This document shows, piece by piece, positions 9,954-23,845 of a DNA stretch of 64,000 nucleotides (position 1 is the first letter of the stretch; each line of letters starts with the position of its first letter). This DNA is from Deinococcus sp. (GTDB lineage: Bacteria > Deinococcota > Deinococci > Deinococcales > Deinococcaceae), in NCBI GenBank assembly GCA_965261005.1, contig OZ253375.1, positions 2,592,001-2,656,000 on the forward strand, in the 5' to 3' direction. Under the pieces are notes generated by a model. That model worked only from the letters and a program-made list of their open reading frames with translations. It did not search any database and was not told the DNA's origin. The position numbers and the translations under genes were made by a program.

Positions 9954-10357
9954 GGCAGCAGCTCCAAAAAGGGGAGACCGCGCGGCCGGATCAGGCTGAA
10001 GTGGCGCCGGTCGAGCGTCAGAACGCGCCGGACCTTCACGTTCTCGGCCACGGCGATAACAGCCGCGTCCACAACGCTCAGCGGCACGTCAGCGTACTGC
10101 CGCATGATCTCGTTCGCCCGCTTGAGGTGCTGGAGCGTGGTGGGCACGAAGGTGTACGTGCCGTCCTCCACATCGTCGAGAAACGCCTGGGCGGCGTGGT
10201 CGCCGAAATTCTTGCGGGCCAGATAGTCCACCTCGGGCAAGATCATGGACGGCACGAGCAAGGTTTCTGTCACCAGAAGTTCGGCAACGCTCGTGTGGTG
10301 CGGGTCACGGACGTCCAGAGAAGCGAGAATGCCGCTGGTGTCGGCCAGCAGCGTCAC
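9950..10357 (-). CDS. PIN-domain (VapC) toxin
   Basis: LADTSG..E.DY..LSVVDA..LTLDRRHF; GTG overlaps the antitoxin stop. Confidence 0.88.
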   Translation of the reverse strand: MTLLADTSGILASLDVRDPHHTSVAELLVTETLLVPSMILPEVDYLARKNFGDHAAQAFLDDVEDGTYTFVPTTLQHLKRANEIMRQYADVPLSVVDAAVIAVAENVKVRRVLTLDRRHFSLIRPRGLPFLELLP

Positions 10358-10599
10358 GCTTTCTGCGGCCAATCGAGGTCTGCGAACAGCAATTCCTCGT
10401 CCCGGTTCGCAATGGGTTCACCAGCGTTGGCCGCTACCCCGAGCGACTTCGGCCGGACGCGCTGCTCAGTTTGTTTGCTCTCTACATACATCGAAAGGGC
10501 GTCGCGCATCAGGTCGGCCTGAGAGCGCGCCTCTCGCGCGGCCAGCCGCTTCAGTTCTAAGTCAACGGCCTCGTCCAAGTACAGCGTCGTGCGCTTCAT
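10354..10599 (-). CDS. CopG/ribbon-helix-helix antitoxin
   Basis: MKRTTLYLDE....LKRLA...RSQADLMRDAL. Confidence 0.85.
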   Translation of the reverse strand: MKRTTLYLDEAVDLELKRLAAREARSQADLMRDALSMYVESKQTEQRVRPKSLGVAANAGEPIANRDEELLFADLDWPQKA

Positions 10600-10622
10600 G
10601 CCACATATGTTAACAGTCGATT

Positions 10623-11066
10623 TCAATTCGCCGGCGACACCGTTTCCCAATCTCCCAACAGGCGGCGCAGCAGCACCACCTGACCCCAGTGGTAGGCGTT
10701 GTGCGCGCTGACGTCCTCCAGAATCTCGCGGTCGCGCCCCGGCAAGTCCTGCGGGTTGGCGGCCAGCTCGGACGCCTCGTACAGGCCGGCGCGCAAACGC
10801 TCGATCAGGTCGTCCCACTCCTCTTGGGTGGGGTCTTCGCGCGGCCACTGCTCTTCCACAGGCGGAAAGGGCACCTCGCTCAGCTCCTCCACGATGGCGC
10901 CGAGCAGCAGGCTTTGGGTCAGCTCGATGTGCCACAGCAAGGCGTAGATGGTGTAGGGCACGCCCGCAACGGGGGTGAGGGCCGTCTTCAGGGTCAGGCC
11001 GGCCAGCATCCGGTCGGTCGCGGCGATGCCCCGCCCGCCGAGCAGCATGGATTTCAGAACGCTCAT
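10623..11066 (-). CDS. DinB-family protein
   Basis: PYTIYALLWH ... HNAYHWGQVVLLRR. Confidence 0.85.
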   Translation of the reverse strand: MSVLKSMLLGGRGIAATDRMLAGLTLKTALTPVAGVPYTIYALLWHIELTQSLLLGAIVEELSEVPFPPVEEQWPREDPTQEEWDDLIERLRAGLYEASELAANPQDLPGRDREILEDVSAHNAYHWGQVVLLRRLLGDWETVSPAN

Positions 11067-11089
11067 GCCTTCAAGATAGGCTCGGCAGC

Positions 11090-12393
<1,304 letters not shown>

Positions 12394-12397
<4 letters not shown>

Positions 12398-12822
12398 GAC
12401 TGCTCGATGTCAACGTCTTGGTTTCCGCGCATCGCTTGGACGCTACTCGACACGCAGAATTCGCTTTTTGGCTAACAGAGTTGGTCAAAGGGAACGAACT
12501 GTTTGGCGCCAGCGAACTGGTGTTGAGCAGCTTCGTTCGCATCGTCACCAATCCAAGGATTTACCGAATTCCAGCCGGTCTTGAGGCGGCCCTCGATTTC
12601 ATTGATGCCTTGCGGAGCGCCCCGAATTATCAGCAACTTGCGTCCGGCACACAGCATTGGCGTATTTTTGAAGGTTTGTTGAGACGCTACAATTTGACGG
12701 GCAACGACGTTCAGGGCGCCTACCACGCCGCCCTCGCCATTGAGCACGACTGCGAGTGGGTCAGCGCGGACACCGGCTTCGCGCGCTTCGCGGGCCTCAA
12801 GTGGCGCAATCCCTTCGCCTGA
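12394..12822 (+). CDS. VapC PIN-domain ribonuclease toxin
   Basis: LLDVNVLV.AHR, F.RIVTNPRI, AALAIEH..EWVSAD.GFARFAGLKWRNP. Confidence 0.9.
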
Positions 12823-12826
12823 ACCC

Positions 12827-13171
12827 TCACCGCCCCGACCCGATGTGCCCCTGCCGCACCAATCTACCCCGCAGCTTGGCGAGGCTGAGGGCCAGGCACT
12901 CCTCCAAGGTGGCGCCCGCGTCGTCGGCGAGCAGGGCCAAATCGAAGAGGGCGTCGCCCAGCTCCTCGCGGAAGTGCTCGGTCGCCCGAAAGTCGCGCGC
13001 CCCGTACTCGCTCGCCTTGATGATCTCCTTGGCGAGTTCGCCCACCTCGCTCACCAGGTACAGGGCGCGGGTGGAGAGACCGGGCGCCAGGGCGCCGTCA
13101 AACTCCCCGCGCAGCTCGCGGCCCAGATTTTCCAAGTTCAGGCTTTCCGAGTCTAGCCGCTGATCAGCCAT
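12827..13171 (-). CDS. MazG-like nucleotide pyrophosphohydrolase
   Basis: [11 protein letters not shown] ... EELGDALF (ExxE...ExxD). Confidence 0.82.
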   Translation of the reverse strand: MADQRLDSESLNLENLGRELRGEFDGALAPGLSTRALYLVSEVGELAKEIIKASEYGARDFRATEHFREELGDALFDLALLADDAGATLEECLALSLAKLRGRLVRQGHIGSGR

Positions 13172-13998
13172 GACCGAGCGTACTCCACGATCTTGCCTGG
13201 AATATCCACCCCGGTCGTGCTGACCGAGTTCTTAAACTCCATGGTGTGGTTGATCTCGTTGACGAGCAAGCCGCGCTCCGGGTCTTCGAGCAAGTCCACC
13301 GCGACCACGTGCCCCTCGACCGCCCGCGCGGCGCGCCCCGCGAGGTCCGCGATCCCGGGCGTGACCTCGCAGTTGCTCGCCTTTGCCCCCCGGGCGGTGT
13401 TGGTGACCCAGTGCTCCGAGGTACGGTAGATGGCCCCGATGGTTCGCCCCGCCACCACAAAGGCGCGGATGTCGCGCCCCGGCTTCCGAATCAGCTCCTG
13501 GACGTAAAAGACCTGATGCTGATAGCCGCCCAGCACCTCCTTGTGCTCCAGCACCGTCTCGGCGGCGTCGCGGTCGTTGATTCTGGACAGCAGCCGGCCC
13601 CAGCTGCCCACCACCGGCTTCATCACGACCGGATAGCCGAAGCTCTCGATCAGCTCCAGGGCGCTCTCGGGCGTAAAGGCGACCCCGGTCCTGGGGGTCG
13701 GCACCTGGTGCAGCGCCAGACGCGCGTTCGTTGCCAGCTTGTCGCCGCACAGCTCGATCACGTGGCTGGGATTGATGACCCGCACGCCCAGCCCTTCCAG
13801 CGCGCGGGTCACGGCCAGCCCGCGCGACTGCGACACGCAGCGCTCCAGCGCGACCTTCCACGACACTTCCTCGCCGAACGTCAGCTTGAGCTGCGGGGCG
13901 TACACCTTGTCGTAGGGGGTGCCCTGCGCGTCCAGCGCGTCAAAGAGCATCTTTTCGTCGGGGCGGACGCGGTCGTAGAGGATGGCAAAGTCAGCCAT
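13153..13998 (-). CDS. lysX: Alpha-aminoadipate--LysW ligase (RimK/ATP-grasp)
   Basis: [44 protein letters not shown]. Confidence 0.93.
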   Translation of the reverse strand: MADFAILYDRVRPDEKMLFDALDAQGTPYDKVYAPQLKLTFGEEVSWKVALERCVSQSRGLAVTRALEGLGVRVINPSHVIELCGDKLATNARLALHQVPTPRTGVAFTPESALELIESFGYPVVMKPVVGSWGRLLSRINDRDAAETVLEHKEVLGGYQHQVFYVQELIRKPGRDIRAFVVAGRTIGAIYRTSEHWVTNTARGAKASNCEVTPGIADLAGRAARAVEGHVVAVDLLEDPERGLLVNEINHTMEFKNSVSTTGVDIPGKIVEYARSWLISG

Positions 13999-14005
13999 TG
14001 ACCGC

Positions 14006-14179
14006 TTACTCCCCCCAATCCTCGGCCTCTTGCGGGGCCGGCGCGAGGCGGGGGGGGTCGAGGCTGACCACCTCGTACTCGGTCCCGGTGTCGTCGTCGA
14101 GGACCAGTTCGCCCAGCTCGGGGTCCTCAAGGGTGATGGTGGCGCCGGTTTCAGGGTTTTCAAAGCGCACGCTGGTCAT
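14006..14179 (-). CDS. lysW: Amino-group carrier protein LysW (57 aa, no cysteine); missed by the ORF track
   Basis: [57 protein letters not shown], ending in EDWGE. Confidence 0.93.
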   Translation of the reverse strand: MTSVRFENPETGATITLEDPELGELVLDDDTGTEYEVVSLDPPRLAPAPQEAEDWGE

Positions 14180-14484
14180 GGGCGTTCCTCCGGTTCGTCT
14201 TCAAACTCAAGCTCGATGCGGACCCCGCAGTGGGGGCAGGTCACGACGTCGCCCGCTTGGGCCATCTCCTCGGTCACGTCGAACTCCTCGCCGCAGTTGG
14301 GGCAGATTGTCAGAATGCCCAGCAACTCCAAATCGAAGTCGTCGCCGCTGTTCTTGGTGACCTCCATCTCGGCGTTGCAGCTGTCGCAGACGATGGCGTC
14401 GCCGATCTCCAGCCCGGCGCGGTCCGCGTCCGTCAGCTCCAGCACCTCGCCGCAGATGGGGCACTCGACTTGCAAAACGGCCAT
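14176..14484 (-). CDS. Double zinc-ribbon acidic protein (LysV/OrfE-like)
   Basis: Four CxxC motifs (CPIC, CDSC, CPNC, CPHC); lies between lysU and lysW as in the Thermus lys operon. Confidence 0.7.
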   Translation of the reverse strand: MAVLQVECPICGEVLELTDADRAGLEIGDAIVCDSCNAEMEVTKNSGDDFDLELLGILTICPNCGEEFDVTEEMAQAGDVVTCPHCGVRIELEFEDEPEERP

Positions 14485-14503
14485 GTGGGCTAGTGTTTCA
14501 TAT

Positions 14504-14997
<494 letters not shown>

Positions 14998-14998
<1 letters not shown>

Positions 14999-15405
14999 CA
15001 GGCGTGTTCCCCAAAGGAGACGATGTTGAGGTCGGGCAGTCCGGCGAAGTCGGCGGCGTTGCCCGTGACCAGCGGCACGCCGACCTCCAGCGCCGTGGCG
15101 GCAATCCAAGCGTCGGCGGCGAGCATGCGGCGTCCGGCCCGCCTGGCTTGGTGCATCACGCCGGCCCAGCGCTCCGAAATGGCCGCGTTATGCTCGACCA
15201 AGATGTATGGCGTCAGGAACGCCCTCAACTCCCGCTGCCGCTTGTCTCCCCAACGACGTTCCAAGGTCCAGAGCGAGAGTTCAGCCCGGGTCTGAAAGCT
15301 GTAAAGGACGTTCTTCGATTCCAGGTAGGCGTCGAAGGCGAGCGCTCTCGAAGCGCGCTTGAAGCTGTAGCTGATGACATCGGTGTCCACCAAAACGGCG
15401 CTCAT
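14998..15405 (-). CDS. PIN-domain (VapC) toxin
   Basis: LVDTDVISY, T.AEL, ADAWIAATAL, LVTGNAADF. Confidence 0.88.
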
Positions 15406-15809
15406 GGTTTCGTCCGTCGCTCCCGCTCCTCTTGCAGGGTGCGCTGCTCGCCGCGGTAATCTTGCCAGAACTGCTCGTCCCCCGCGAGTTCCTCGGCGCT
15501 CCAGGCCGGCGCCGTCTGCTGGGCGTGGCCGGGCGGCAGGGGCTGAGCGTTCCTCAGCAGGTGGGCGTACTTCGGGTTGATGGGCGCCTCCGTCCGCTCG
15601 ATCAAGTCCGATAGTGAAACCGCCTCGCCAACCAAGGTTTCGAGCGCGTCAATCACGGCGCCCACGCTGTCGAGGTCAATTCGCTGGAGCGGCTTACGCG
15701 CCATGCCGTAGACGGTCGCCTCCGACAGCTGGCCGCGCGTGGCCCGCACCAGCTGATAAGCGCTGATATGGTGCCGCTCCAAAAAGGGCTTGAGGTGTAG
15801 TCTGAACAT
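15402..15809 (-). CDS. Xre/Cro-like HTH putative antitoxin
   Basis: L..FLERH.ISAYQL....LSEATVY..RIDL; coupled to the PIN gene. Confidence 0.75.
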   Translation of the reverse strand: MFRLHLKPFLERHHISAYQLVRATRGQLSEATVYGMARKPLQRIDLDSVGAVIDALETLVGEAVSLSDLIERTEAPINPKYAHLLRNAQPLPPGHAQQTAPAWSAEELAGDEQFWQDYRGEQRTLQEERERRTKP

Positions 15810-15844
15810 ACTAGTAATTTATCACAGTGCGAGGAGTTTTGAGT

Positions 15845-15973
15845 TCCGAGCAGCCCCACGACCTCGCGGCGCAAGATGGGCAGATTTTCTGTTGCTACCT
15901 GCCACACGAGGGCATGATTCAGGTCGTCGTAACCGTGGCTGAGCTGGCTGCGAAAGCTTGCGTCTCGCTTCAT
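15845..15973 (-). pseudogene. Remnant of a HepT/DUF86 HEPN ribonuclease C-terminus
   Basis: FRSQLSHGYDDLNHALVWQVATENLPILRREV resembles the DUF86 RxxxxHGY..V....VW pattern; N-terminal half absent. Confidence 0.65.
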
Positions 15974-16373
15974 TCAGAACTGACGGCGATAGCGTCGGCC
16001 TCGAAGAGAAGTTCCGGGTGAAACAGCGCGGCGACCTGAACGAGCGTGCTTGCGGGCGGTCGCGCCGTGTTGACAAACTCGTTTCGCACCCGCCGCAGCG
16101 TGTCGAGATGAGCGAAGTCGGTGATGAACATGCCAAGCTTTACCACATCTTGAAAGCCAAGTCCGACTGCTGTAAGCGCGTGCTGAAGATTCCTGAACGT
16201 CTGGCGGGCCTGAGCCTCGAAGTCGCCGGGACCGACCACCTCGCTTTGCTCGTCGAGCGAGAGTTGCCCGGAGATATAGACGGTGCGGCCACCGCGCACC
16301 TCCACGACGGGCGTATATCCGGGCACTTTCGCCAAACGCTCGGGGTGAAGAAAGCGGACGTTCGGTTGATTGC

Positions 16374-16377
<4 letters not shown>
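15970..16377 (-). CDS. RidA/YjgF/UK114-family protein
   Basis: VYISGQL, QARQTFRNL, PPASTLVQVAAL..PELL.E. Confidence 0.9.
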
Positions 16378-17623
<1,246 letters not shown>

Positions 17624-17627
<4 letters not shown>

Positions 17628-17752
17628 GTTGTTCTCCTGGAAAGCAGCCAAGCGCCCTCGCCCCCGACCACAATGCCCCAAAAGGCGCTGCCGACGCCCA
17701 GGAAGGTGGGGCCGATGGCGAAGCACACGCTCAGCACCCAGCTCCCCGTCAG
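17624..17752 (-). pseudogene. Remnant of a BenE-family (benzoate/H+ symporter) C-terminus
   Basis: Frame LTGSWVLSVCFAIGPTFLGVGSAFWGIVVGGEGAWLLSRRTT*; GxGSAFWG is the BenE C-terminal motif; stop overlaps the lysT ATG. Confidence 0.55.
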
Positions 17753-17783
17753 GGGAAGAAAGGCTCACCATAGAATTTTTACA

Positions 17784-17829
17784 GGCTCCCCCTCTCCCCT
17801 TGCGGGAGAGGGGGCCAGGGGGTGAGGGG
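17784..17829. repeat. REP-like palindromic element (CCCCCTCTCCC-n5-GGGAGAGGGGG...GGGGTGAGGGG)
   Basis: 11-bp perfect stem at 17788-17814 plus a GGGGGTGAGGGG tail, directly after the lysS stop. Confidence 0.65.
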
Positions 17830-18993
<1,164 letters not shown>

Positions 18994-19002
18994 TTATCCG
19001 GT

Positions 19003-19031
19003 AGATTAGCGTGCGGAGTAACGAACGTCAA
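19003..19031 (-). promoter_or_regulatory. Sigma70-type promoter for lysS (TTGACG-17nt-TAATCT)
   Basis: -35 at 19026-19031 and -10 at 19003-19008 on the minus strand, exactly 17-nt spacer. Confidence 0.6.
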
Positions 19032-19126
19032 CTATTTAGCCTTTAAAGACTTACAAACGTAAAGTAAAGCGATGGGCTTAAGGCGTTCACAAGAGTGTTC
19101 TACCCTCGGACGGCGTAGAACGGGGC

Positions 19127-20098
19127 ATGCACACACGCACTTTGGGACGGACTGGCTTGGAAGTGACCGAGATCGGCTACGGGGCCTGGGGCATCGGCGG
19201 TGGGGGCTGGATCGGTGCGGAGGACGATGAGAGCTTGCGCGCCCTGCGGCGCTTTGTGGACCTGGGCGGCAACTTCATAGACACCGCCCTGGCCTACGGC
19301 GAGGGCCACAGCGAGCAGTTGGTCGGGCAGGTGGTGAGGGGCAACCAGGGCGTCTACGTGGCGACCAAGATTCCGCCCAAGAACCGCGTTTGGCCGGCCA
19401 AGGAAGGCTCCGCAGTGAACGACGTGTTTCCCGGCGACTACGTGATCGAGACGACCGAGGCCAGCTTGCGCCACCTGGGCCTGCCTACCATTGACGTGCA
19501 GCAGTTCCACGTTTGGCAGGACAGCTGGGTGGGGCAGGGCGATTGGCAGGACGCGGTGGCCCAACTCAAAAAGGACGGCAAGATCCGCTTCTGGGGCGTC
19601 TCGATCAATGACCACCAGCCCGAGAACGCTGTTCAATTGATCGAGACCGGCCTGTGCGACACCGTGCAGGTCATTTACAACGTCTTTGATCAGGCGCCGC
19701 AGGACCGCTTGCTGGACGCCTGCCAAGCCAACAACGTCGGCGTGATCGTGCGCGTGGCCCTTGACGAGGGCGCCCTGACCGGCAAGATCACCCCGGATAC
19801 CCAGTTTCCCGAGGGGGACTTCCGGCGCAACTACTTCGGCGGGGACCGCAGGCGCGAGCTGCAAGACCACCTGCGCGCCATCGAGGGGAATCTCAACATC
19901 ACGACCGACCAATTGCCCGAGACCGCCCTGCGCTTCGTGCTGTCGCACCCGGCGGTCAGCACCGTGATCGTGGGCATGCGCAGCGTCCGCAACGTGGAGC
20001 GCAACGTCGCGGTCGCCGATGGCAAAGGACTGCCCAACCAGCAGATCGAGCAGCTGCGGGCGCAACGCTGGGATAAGAACTGGTACCAACCGGCGTAA
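19127..20098 (+). CDS. Aldo/keto reductase
   Basis: [38 protein letters not shown]...ID..QFH. Confidence 0.93.
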   Translation: MHTRTLGRTGLEVTEIGYGAWGIGGGGWIGAEDDESLRALRRFVDLGGNFIDTALAYGEGHSEQLVGQVVRGNQGVYVATKIPPKNRVWPAKEGSAVNDVFPGDYVIETTEASLRHLGLPTIDVQQFHVWQDSWVGQGDWQDAVAQLKKDGKIRFWGVSINDHQPENAVQLIETGLCDTVQVIYNVFDQAPQDRLLDACQANNVGVIVRVALDEGALTGKITPDTQFPEGDFRRNYFGGDRRRELQDHLRAIEGNLNITTDQLPETALRFVLSHPAVSTVIVGMRSVRNVERNVAVADGKGLPNQQIEQLRAQRWDKNWYQPA

Positions 20099-20109
20099 CC
20101 GGCCCGTCC

Positions 20110-20685
20110 TTATTCTTGGGACTCGCCGTAAGGGTAGAAGCCGCTCTTGTCGCCCCTCTCCCACTTGGCGCGCAGTTCGGGCGTGTCAATGGCGTAGTCG
20201 GGGCGAATCTGCTTGGTCAGTTCGCGTAAATCCGCGTGCAACTCGGCGGTGCTGGGCCGGCCCCAGTACCAGTAGCCGTTGTACAGCTTGTGAATTTTGA
20301 GGCCCGGCCCCAGCACGAAGGTGTGCGGGATCATCGGGCGGTGCTTGGGGTCGGTGTACTCCTCGATGTCGAGGTCGTCGCGGATAGTCGCCCGTTCATC
20401 GTACAAAAAGGTCCATTGCGCCCCGACCCCCTGGCGCAGCTCGTTGCTGCTCAGCCTGTCGTCGGTCGTGATCGTGACCAGGTTGGCGTAGCCCACTGGC
20501 AGCTGCGGGTAAAAGGCCACCAGCCCGTGCAGCTGCTGGCGGTCCTTGGGCCAGTACGAGCCGCGTCCCAGCATCACAATCAGCGGGTCAATGCCCTGCA
20601 AGTCGGACAGCTTGCGCCGTTCGCCGTTCTGGTCGGGCAGCTCGTAGTCGGGAAAGGTCGCCCCCTCGGTGATGTCAGGTCGCAT
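20110..20685 (-). CDS. Redoxin/AhpC-TSA-like protein lacking cysteine
   Basis: G..FPDYELPD.NG..RKLSDL; RGSYWPKD at the usual CP position; YNGYWYWGRPS. Confidence 0.7.
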   Translation of the reverse strand: MRPDITEGATFPDYELPDQNGERRKLSDLQGIDPLIVMLGRGSYWPKDRQQLHGLVAFYPQLPVGYANLVTITTDDRLSSNELRQGVGAQWTFLYDERATIRDDLDIEEYTDPKHRPMIPHTFVLGPGLKIHKLYNGYWYWGRPSTAELHADLRELTKQIRPDYAIDTPELRAKWERGDKSGFYPYGESQE

Positions 20686-20752
20686 GGGACATGCTGACGT
20701 GTGGGCGAGCGGGACAATGTCGCGGAGGTTGGAAGGTCAAGGAAGGGTCAAG

Positions 20753-21073
20753 TCAGCCGTACCTTCGCTGAAGGAGCTTGTACACGGTCTTGTCGTTGCG
20801 CTTGCCGATCACGGCGATGGTGATAATGGTCAAAACGCCGCTGGCCTCGTCGAGGTCGTAGATGATGCGGTACTCGCCAACATCCATCCGGTAGAAGTTC
20901 CAGCCGTTGCTCTTATACGCCTGGCCCTCGATGGGCCGCGCGTCGTGGGGAAGCGGCACCTGTTCGAGCGCGTCAATCTTACGTCCGATCTGGCCGAGGT
21001 GTTTCTTGTTGCCTATCGTCCGTAAGTCTTTCGCGGCGCTGGCTGTCAGCTCCAGCTGAATCTGACGAGTCAC
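20753..21073 (-). CDS. RelE/ParE-family toxin
   Basis: SAAKDLR, KIDAL, YRMDVGEYRIIY, IGKR. Confidence 0.85.
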   Translation of the reverse strand: MTRQIQLELTASAAKDLRTIGNKKHLGQIGRKIDALEQVPLPHDARPIEGQAYKSNGWNFYRMDVGEYRIIYDLDEASGVLTIITIAVIGKRNDKTVYKLLQRRYG

Positions 21074-21077
21074 AGGC

Positions 21078-21359
21078 TCAGAGGCTGAGGTCTCGCTTGA
21101 GGTCGCTCCAAGCAACGCGCTTTTCTCCGGTTCGCGCCGCTTCTTCGAGTCGTTCGAGGGCGAGGTCGCCCCACAGCTTGTCCTCCAGCCGCTCCAGTAA
21201 AGCCGCGTCCTCGACGCTGACCAGTACCGCCGCAGGCTTGCCCTGCCGGGTGATGGTCACACGCTCGCCGCCGTAGCTGACGCGGTTCACGAGGTCGTTG
21301 AAGCTCGCGCGGGCTTCGGACGCGCTGAGGTTCGGGGTGGTCTCCTTTGCTGTGGTCAT
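21078..21359 (-). CDS. Phd/YefM-family antitoxin
   Basis: SEARASFNDLVNRV..GGERVTITRQGKPAAVLVS. Confidence 0.9.
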   Translation of the reverse strand: MTTAKETTPNLSASEARASFNDLVNRVSYGGERVTITRQGKPAAVLVSVEDAALLERLEDKLWGDLALERLEEAARTGEKRVAWSDLKRDLSL

Positions 21360-21494
21360 GCGTGTTGCCCCTCTCTGCCTCTAACGAATGCTGCTGAGGG
21401 CTGCTCTGCAACCCCGCCACTCGAACTTCTAGCCCTTGGCCTTCTATTCTAAACAAATCGTACATTACAGACGTTTTGTACAAAGATGTGACGA

Positions 21495-21734
21495 TCACTC
21501 TTCTTCTTCGGCACCATCACGCATCTCACGCTAAAACTGCACCACGTCTCCCACGATGGGCAGAATGCCGACGAATTCGGTGAAGGAGTCGTCTTCTTCG
21601 GGACGAACGGGCCTCACCACCCACCCTTCCTCCCGCAACACGAACTCGACCTGATCGCCCCCGCGCAGGCCGAGGCGTTCGCGCAGCTCGGCCGGGAGGG
21701 TAATTCGACCCTTGGTGGTCAGGGTGGCCTTCAC
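21495..21734 (-). pseudogene. AbrB/MazE antitoxin paralog with an internal nonsense codon
   Basis: VKATLTTKGRITLP...GDVVQF*REMRDGAEEEE; TAG at 21531-21533 where the paralog at 22829-23089 has Trp. Confidence 0.75.
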
Positions 21735-22153
21735 TGTGGCACCACCAGCTTCAAGTCCGGATAGGAGAGCCGGTAGTGCTGCGGATCGAGGGTCATCAGG
21801 GCGTCGGCCCGCAGGCTGGCGTGGGCGCCGATAGCGAAGTCGGCCAAAAGGCGGCGGGGAAGACCACCGCCCGAAGCGCGTCGCCGTACCGTGTAGCTCT
21901 TGGCAGCGTGGCCCGCCGCGCGCCAAACGACCTCGTCGAGCGTCCAGTCCACCTCAACGCTTGCCAGCGCGAGAGCGTTTGTCAGCGTCGTTTCAGGCAG
22001 ATTGGGATTGCTCAGCAGTTCCGCATAGGTCGCCCCGCAAACGATCAGCGGCCCAGTCTTCTGTGCCCCGAGCAGTGCCCATGCAAGGGCTTCGGCGCTC
22101 GCCTCCTGATTGAATATGGCGCTGAGGATATTGGTATCGAGGGCGGTGGTCAC
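21731..22153 (-). CDS. PIN-domain (VapC) toxin
   Basis: ALDTNILSA, YAEL, ADFAIGAHA, LMTLD. Confidence 0.9.
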   Translation of the reverse strand: MTTALDTNILSAIFNQEASAEALAWALLGAQKTGPLIVCGATYAELLSNPNLPETTLTNALALASVEVDWTLDEVVWRAAGHAAKSYTVRRRASGGGLPRRLLADFAIGAHASLRADALMTLDPQHYRLSYPDLKLVVPQ

Positions 22154-22377
22154 TCGTCAGGGTCGCGGATGCTGCGAACCCACTCCACGGCGGTCATACC
22201 ATCAGGTAATGGCGCAATGCCGATCCAGGCTAGAAACGGGTTGACCTCATCCCGCACGGGCCGGAGCAACCAGCCATCGTCCTGCTCGATGAATTCCACC
22301 TCGCCGCTCCCGCCCAGCTTTTCCCGAACTTCCGGCGGCAGGGCGTGCAAGACTTCCGGGCTGAGCTTGGTTCGCAT
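22150..22377 (-). CDS. AbrB-like antitoxin (degenerate N-terminus)
   Basis: LPPEVREKLG..GEVEF; C-terminus NPFLAWIGIAPLPDGMTAVEWVRS.RDPDE shared with 23164-23403. Confidence 0.75.
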   Translation of the reverse strand: MRTKLSPEVLHALPPEVREKLGGSGEVEFIEQDDGWLLRPVRDEVNPFLAWIGIAPLPDGMTAVEWVRSIRDPDE

Positions 22378-22409
22378 GGCTGTACTCCTTTTTGTGGTCT
22401 CTCGGGCTT

Positions 22410-22832
22410 TCACCGTGGCACGACCAGCTTCAAGTCTGGAAAGGAGAGCCGGTAGTGCTGTGGATCGAGGGTTATCAAGGCGTCGGCCCGTAGGCTGGCG
22501 TGGGCGCCAATCACGAAGTCGGCGAGAATGCGGCGGGGAAGACCACCGCCAGAAGCGCGACGACGTTCCGTATACACTTTGTAGGCTTGCCCCGCCGTGA
22601 ACCAAAAAACCTCATCCGCTGTGAAGTCAGCTTGAATCTTTGTGGCGCTCAGGACCGTTTCTATGACGGTCCGGGTTGCTCCAGGCGACGCGACGAGTTC
22701 TGCATAAGCCGCGCCCGACAACACCAGGGAGCCGTTCCGCCGGGCTTGTAGCAAAGCTATTCGCGCGGCGTCTGCCCTGTTCTCTTGGGTGAGGATCGCG
22801 CTCAAAATGTTGGTATCGAGGGCCGTCCTCAT
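22410..22832 (-). CDS. PIN-domain (VapC) toxin
   Basis: ALDTNILSA, YAEL, ADFVIGAHA, LITLD; paralog of 21731-22153. Confidence 0.9.
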   Translation of the reverse strand: MRTALDTNILSAILTQENRADAARIALLQARRNGSLVLSGAAYAELVASPGATRTVIETVLSATKIQADFTADEVFWFTAGQAYKVYTERRRASGGGLPRRILADFVIGAHASLRADALITLDPQHYRLSFPDLKLVVPR

Positions 22833-23089
22833 TCTGGCTGGGTCTGAAGTTCTGTTTCAGGAACGCTATCGTCGCGCATTTCGCGCCAGAACTGCACCAC
22901 GTCTCCCACGCTCGGCAGAATGCCGACAAACTGGGCGAAGGGGTCATCCTCTTGGGCGTGGACGGGCCTTAATAACCATCCCTCATCCCGTAAGACAAAC
23001 TCCACCTGATCACCTTTATGTAGCCCCAAGCGTTCTCGCAATTCTATGGGTAAGGTGATCTGGCCCTTGCTGGTCAACGTCGCCTTCAT
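22829..23089 (-). CDS. AbrB/MazE-family antitoxin
   Basis: MKATLTSKGQITLP.ELRERLGL..GDQVEF. Confidence 0.9.
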   Translation of the reverse strand: MKATLTSKGQITLPIELRERLGLHKGDQVEFVLRDEGWLLRPVHAQEDDPFAQFVGILPSVGDVVQFWREMRDDSVPETELQTQPE

Positions 23090-23095
23090 GCAACC

Positions 23096-23122
23096 TCCTT
23101 ACTGAAGTTTAACAGGTAAGGA
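23096..23122. promoter_or_regulatory. Putative TA operator palindrome TCCTTAC-n13-GTAAGGA
   Basis: 7-bp inverted repeat overlapping the RBS/promoter of the AbrB gene starting at 23089. Confidence 0.55.
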
Positions 23123-23163
23123 AGCTGAAAGAGTGATTTAATCTCCGGCAGTTGGGGTGGCCT

Positions 23164-23403
23164 TCACTCTTCGTCCGGGTCTCGCAGGCTGCGGACCCAC
23201 TCCACGGCGGTCATACCGTCGGGTAATGGCGCGATGCCGATCCATTTTAAGAAGGGGTTGTCCTCGTCGGTGTAAGGAACGAACATAACGCTTCCGTCGG
23301 TACGTAGCACGACGTTGACCTTCCCGCCGGACTTCAGGCCGAGTTGCTGGCGCAGCTCTTTGGGCAGGTCGAGGAGTCCTTTGGGGGTGACGGCGGCTTC
23401 CAT
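23164..23403 (-). CDS. AbrB/MazE-family antitoxin with no toxin directly downstream
   Basis: VTPKG.L.LPKELRQQLGLKSGGKV. Confidence 0.8.
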   Translation of the reverse strand: MEAAVTPKGLLDLPKELRQQLGLKSGGKVNVVLRTDGSVMFVPYTDEDNPFLKWIGIAPLPDGMTAVEWVRSLRDPDEE

Positions 23404-23440
23404 ACTTATCATCCTGCTGTCAATGATTCTATCGTCGCTT

Positions 23441-23845
23441 CTAAGCCGATTTACTCAATCGGTAGATATAAGCATCTTCTATTAAAACACCGTTTATGTA
23501 ATTATTCGATGCTCTTATACCGGCTATGTCATCAGGACCAGTTCGGACCATCATGCCTAAAATATTTATAAGCTTGTCGTTTGAATCAATCACGCTCACA
23601 TCTTCTAAATCTATTTTTTCTACCCCATAAAAATCTGTTTCGCTTAAATACTTTTGTAAATCTAGGTATGATTTTCTCGGCCCAAAAACTTTCACTTTTG
23701 GAATAGCCAAAATAAGCTTCCACTCCTGAATTTCAGAAAAATAAAACCACATTGCTGCATCAAACTTGAAATTCTCAGAAGAAAGCTTCTTAACGAAAAT
23801 TTCTCCTGCTCTAATTTTACTGTCTACCAGCGTTTCTGTAGCCAT
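23441..23845 (-). CDS. Hypothetical protein, partner of the HEPN gene (AT-rich)
   Basis: Intact 134-aa ORF overlapping the HEPN stop; AT-rich codons. Confidence 0.7.
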   Translation of the reverse strand: MATETLVDSKIRAGEIFVKKLSSENFKFDAAMWFYFSEIQEWKLILAIPKVKVFGPRKSYLDLQKYLSETDFYGVEKIDLEDVSVIDSNDKLINILGMMVRTGPDDIAGIRASNNYINGVLIEDAYIYRLSKSA

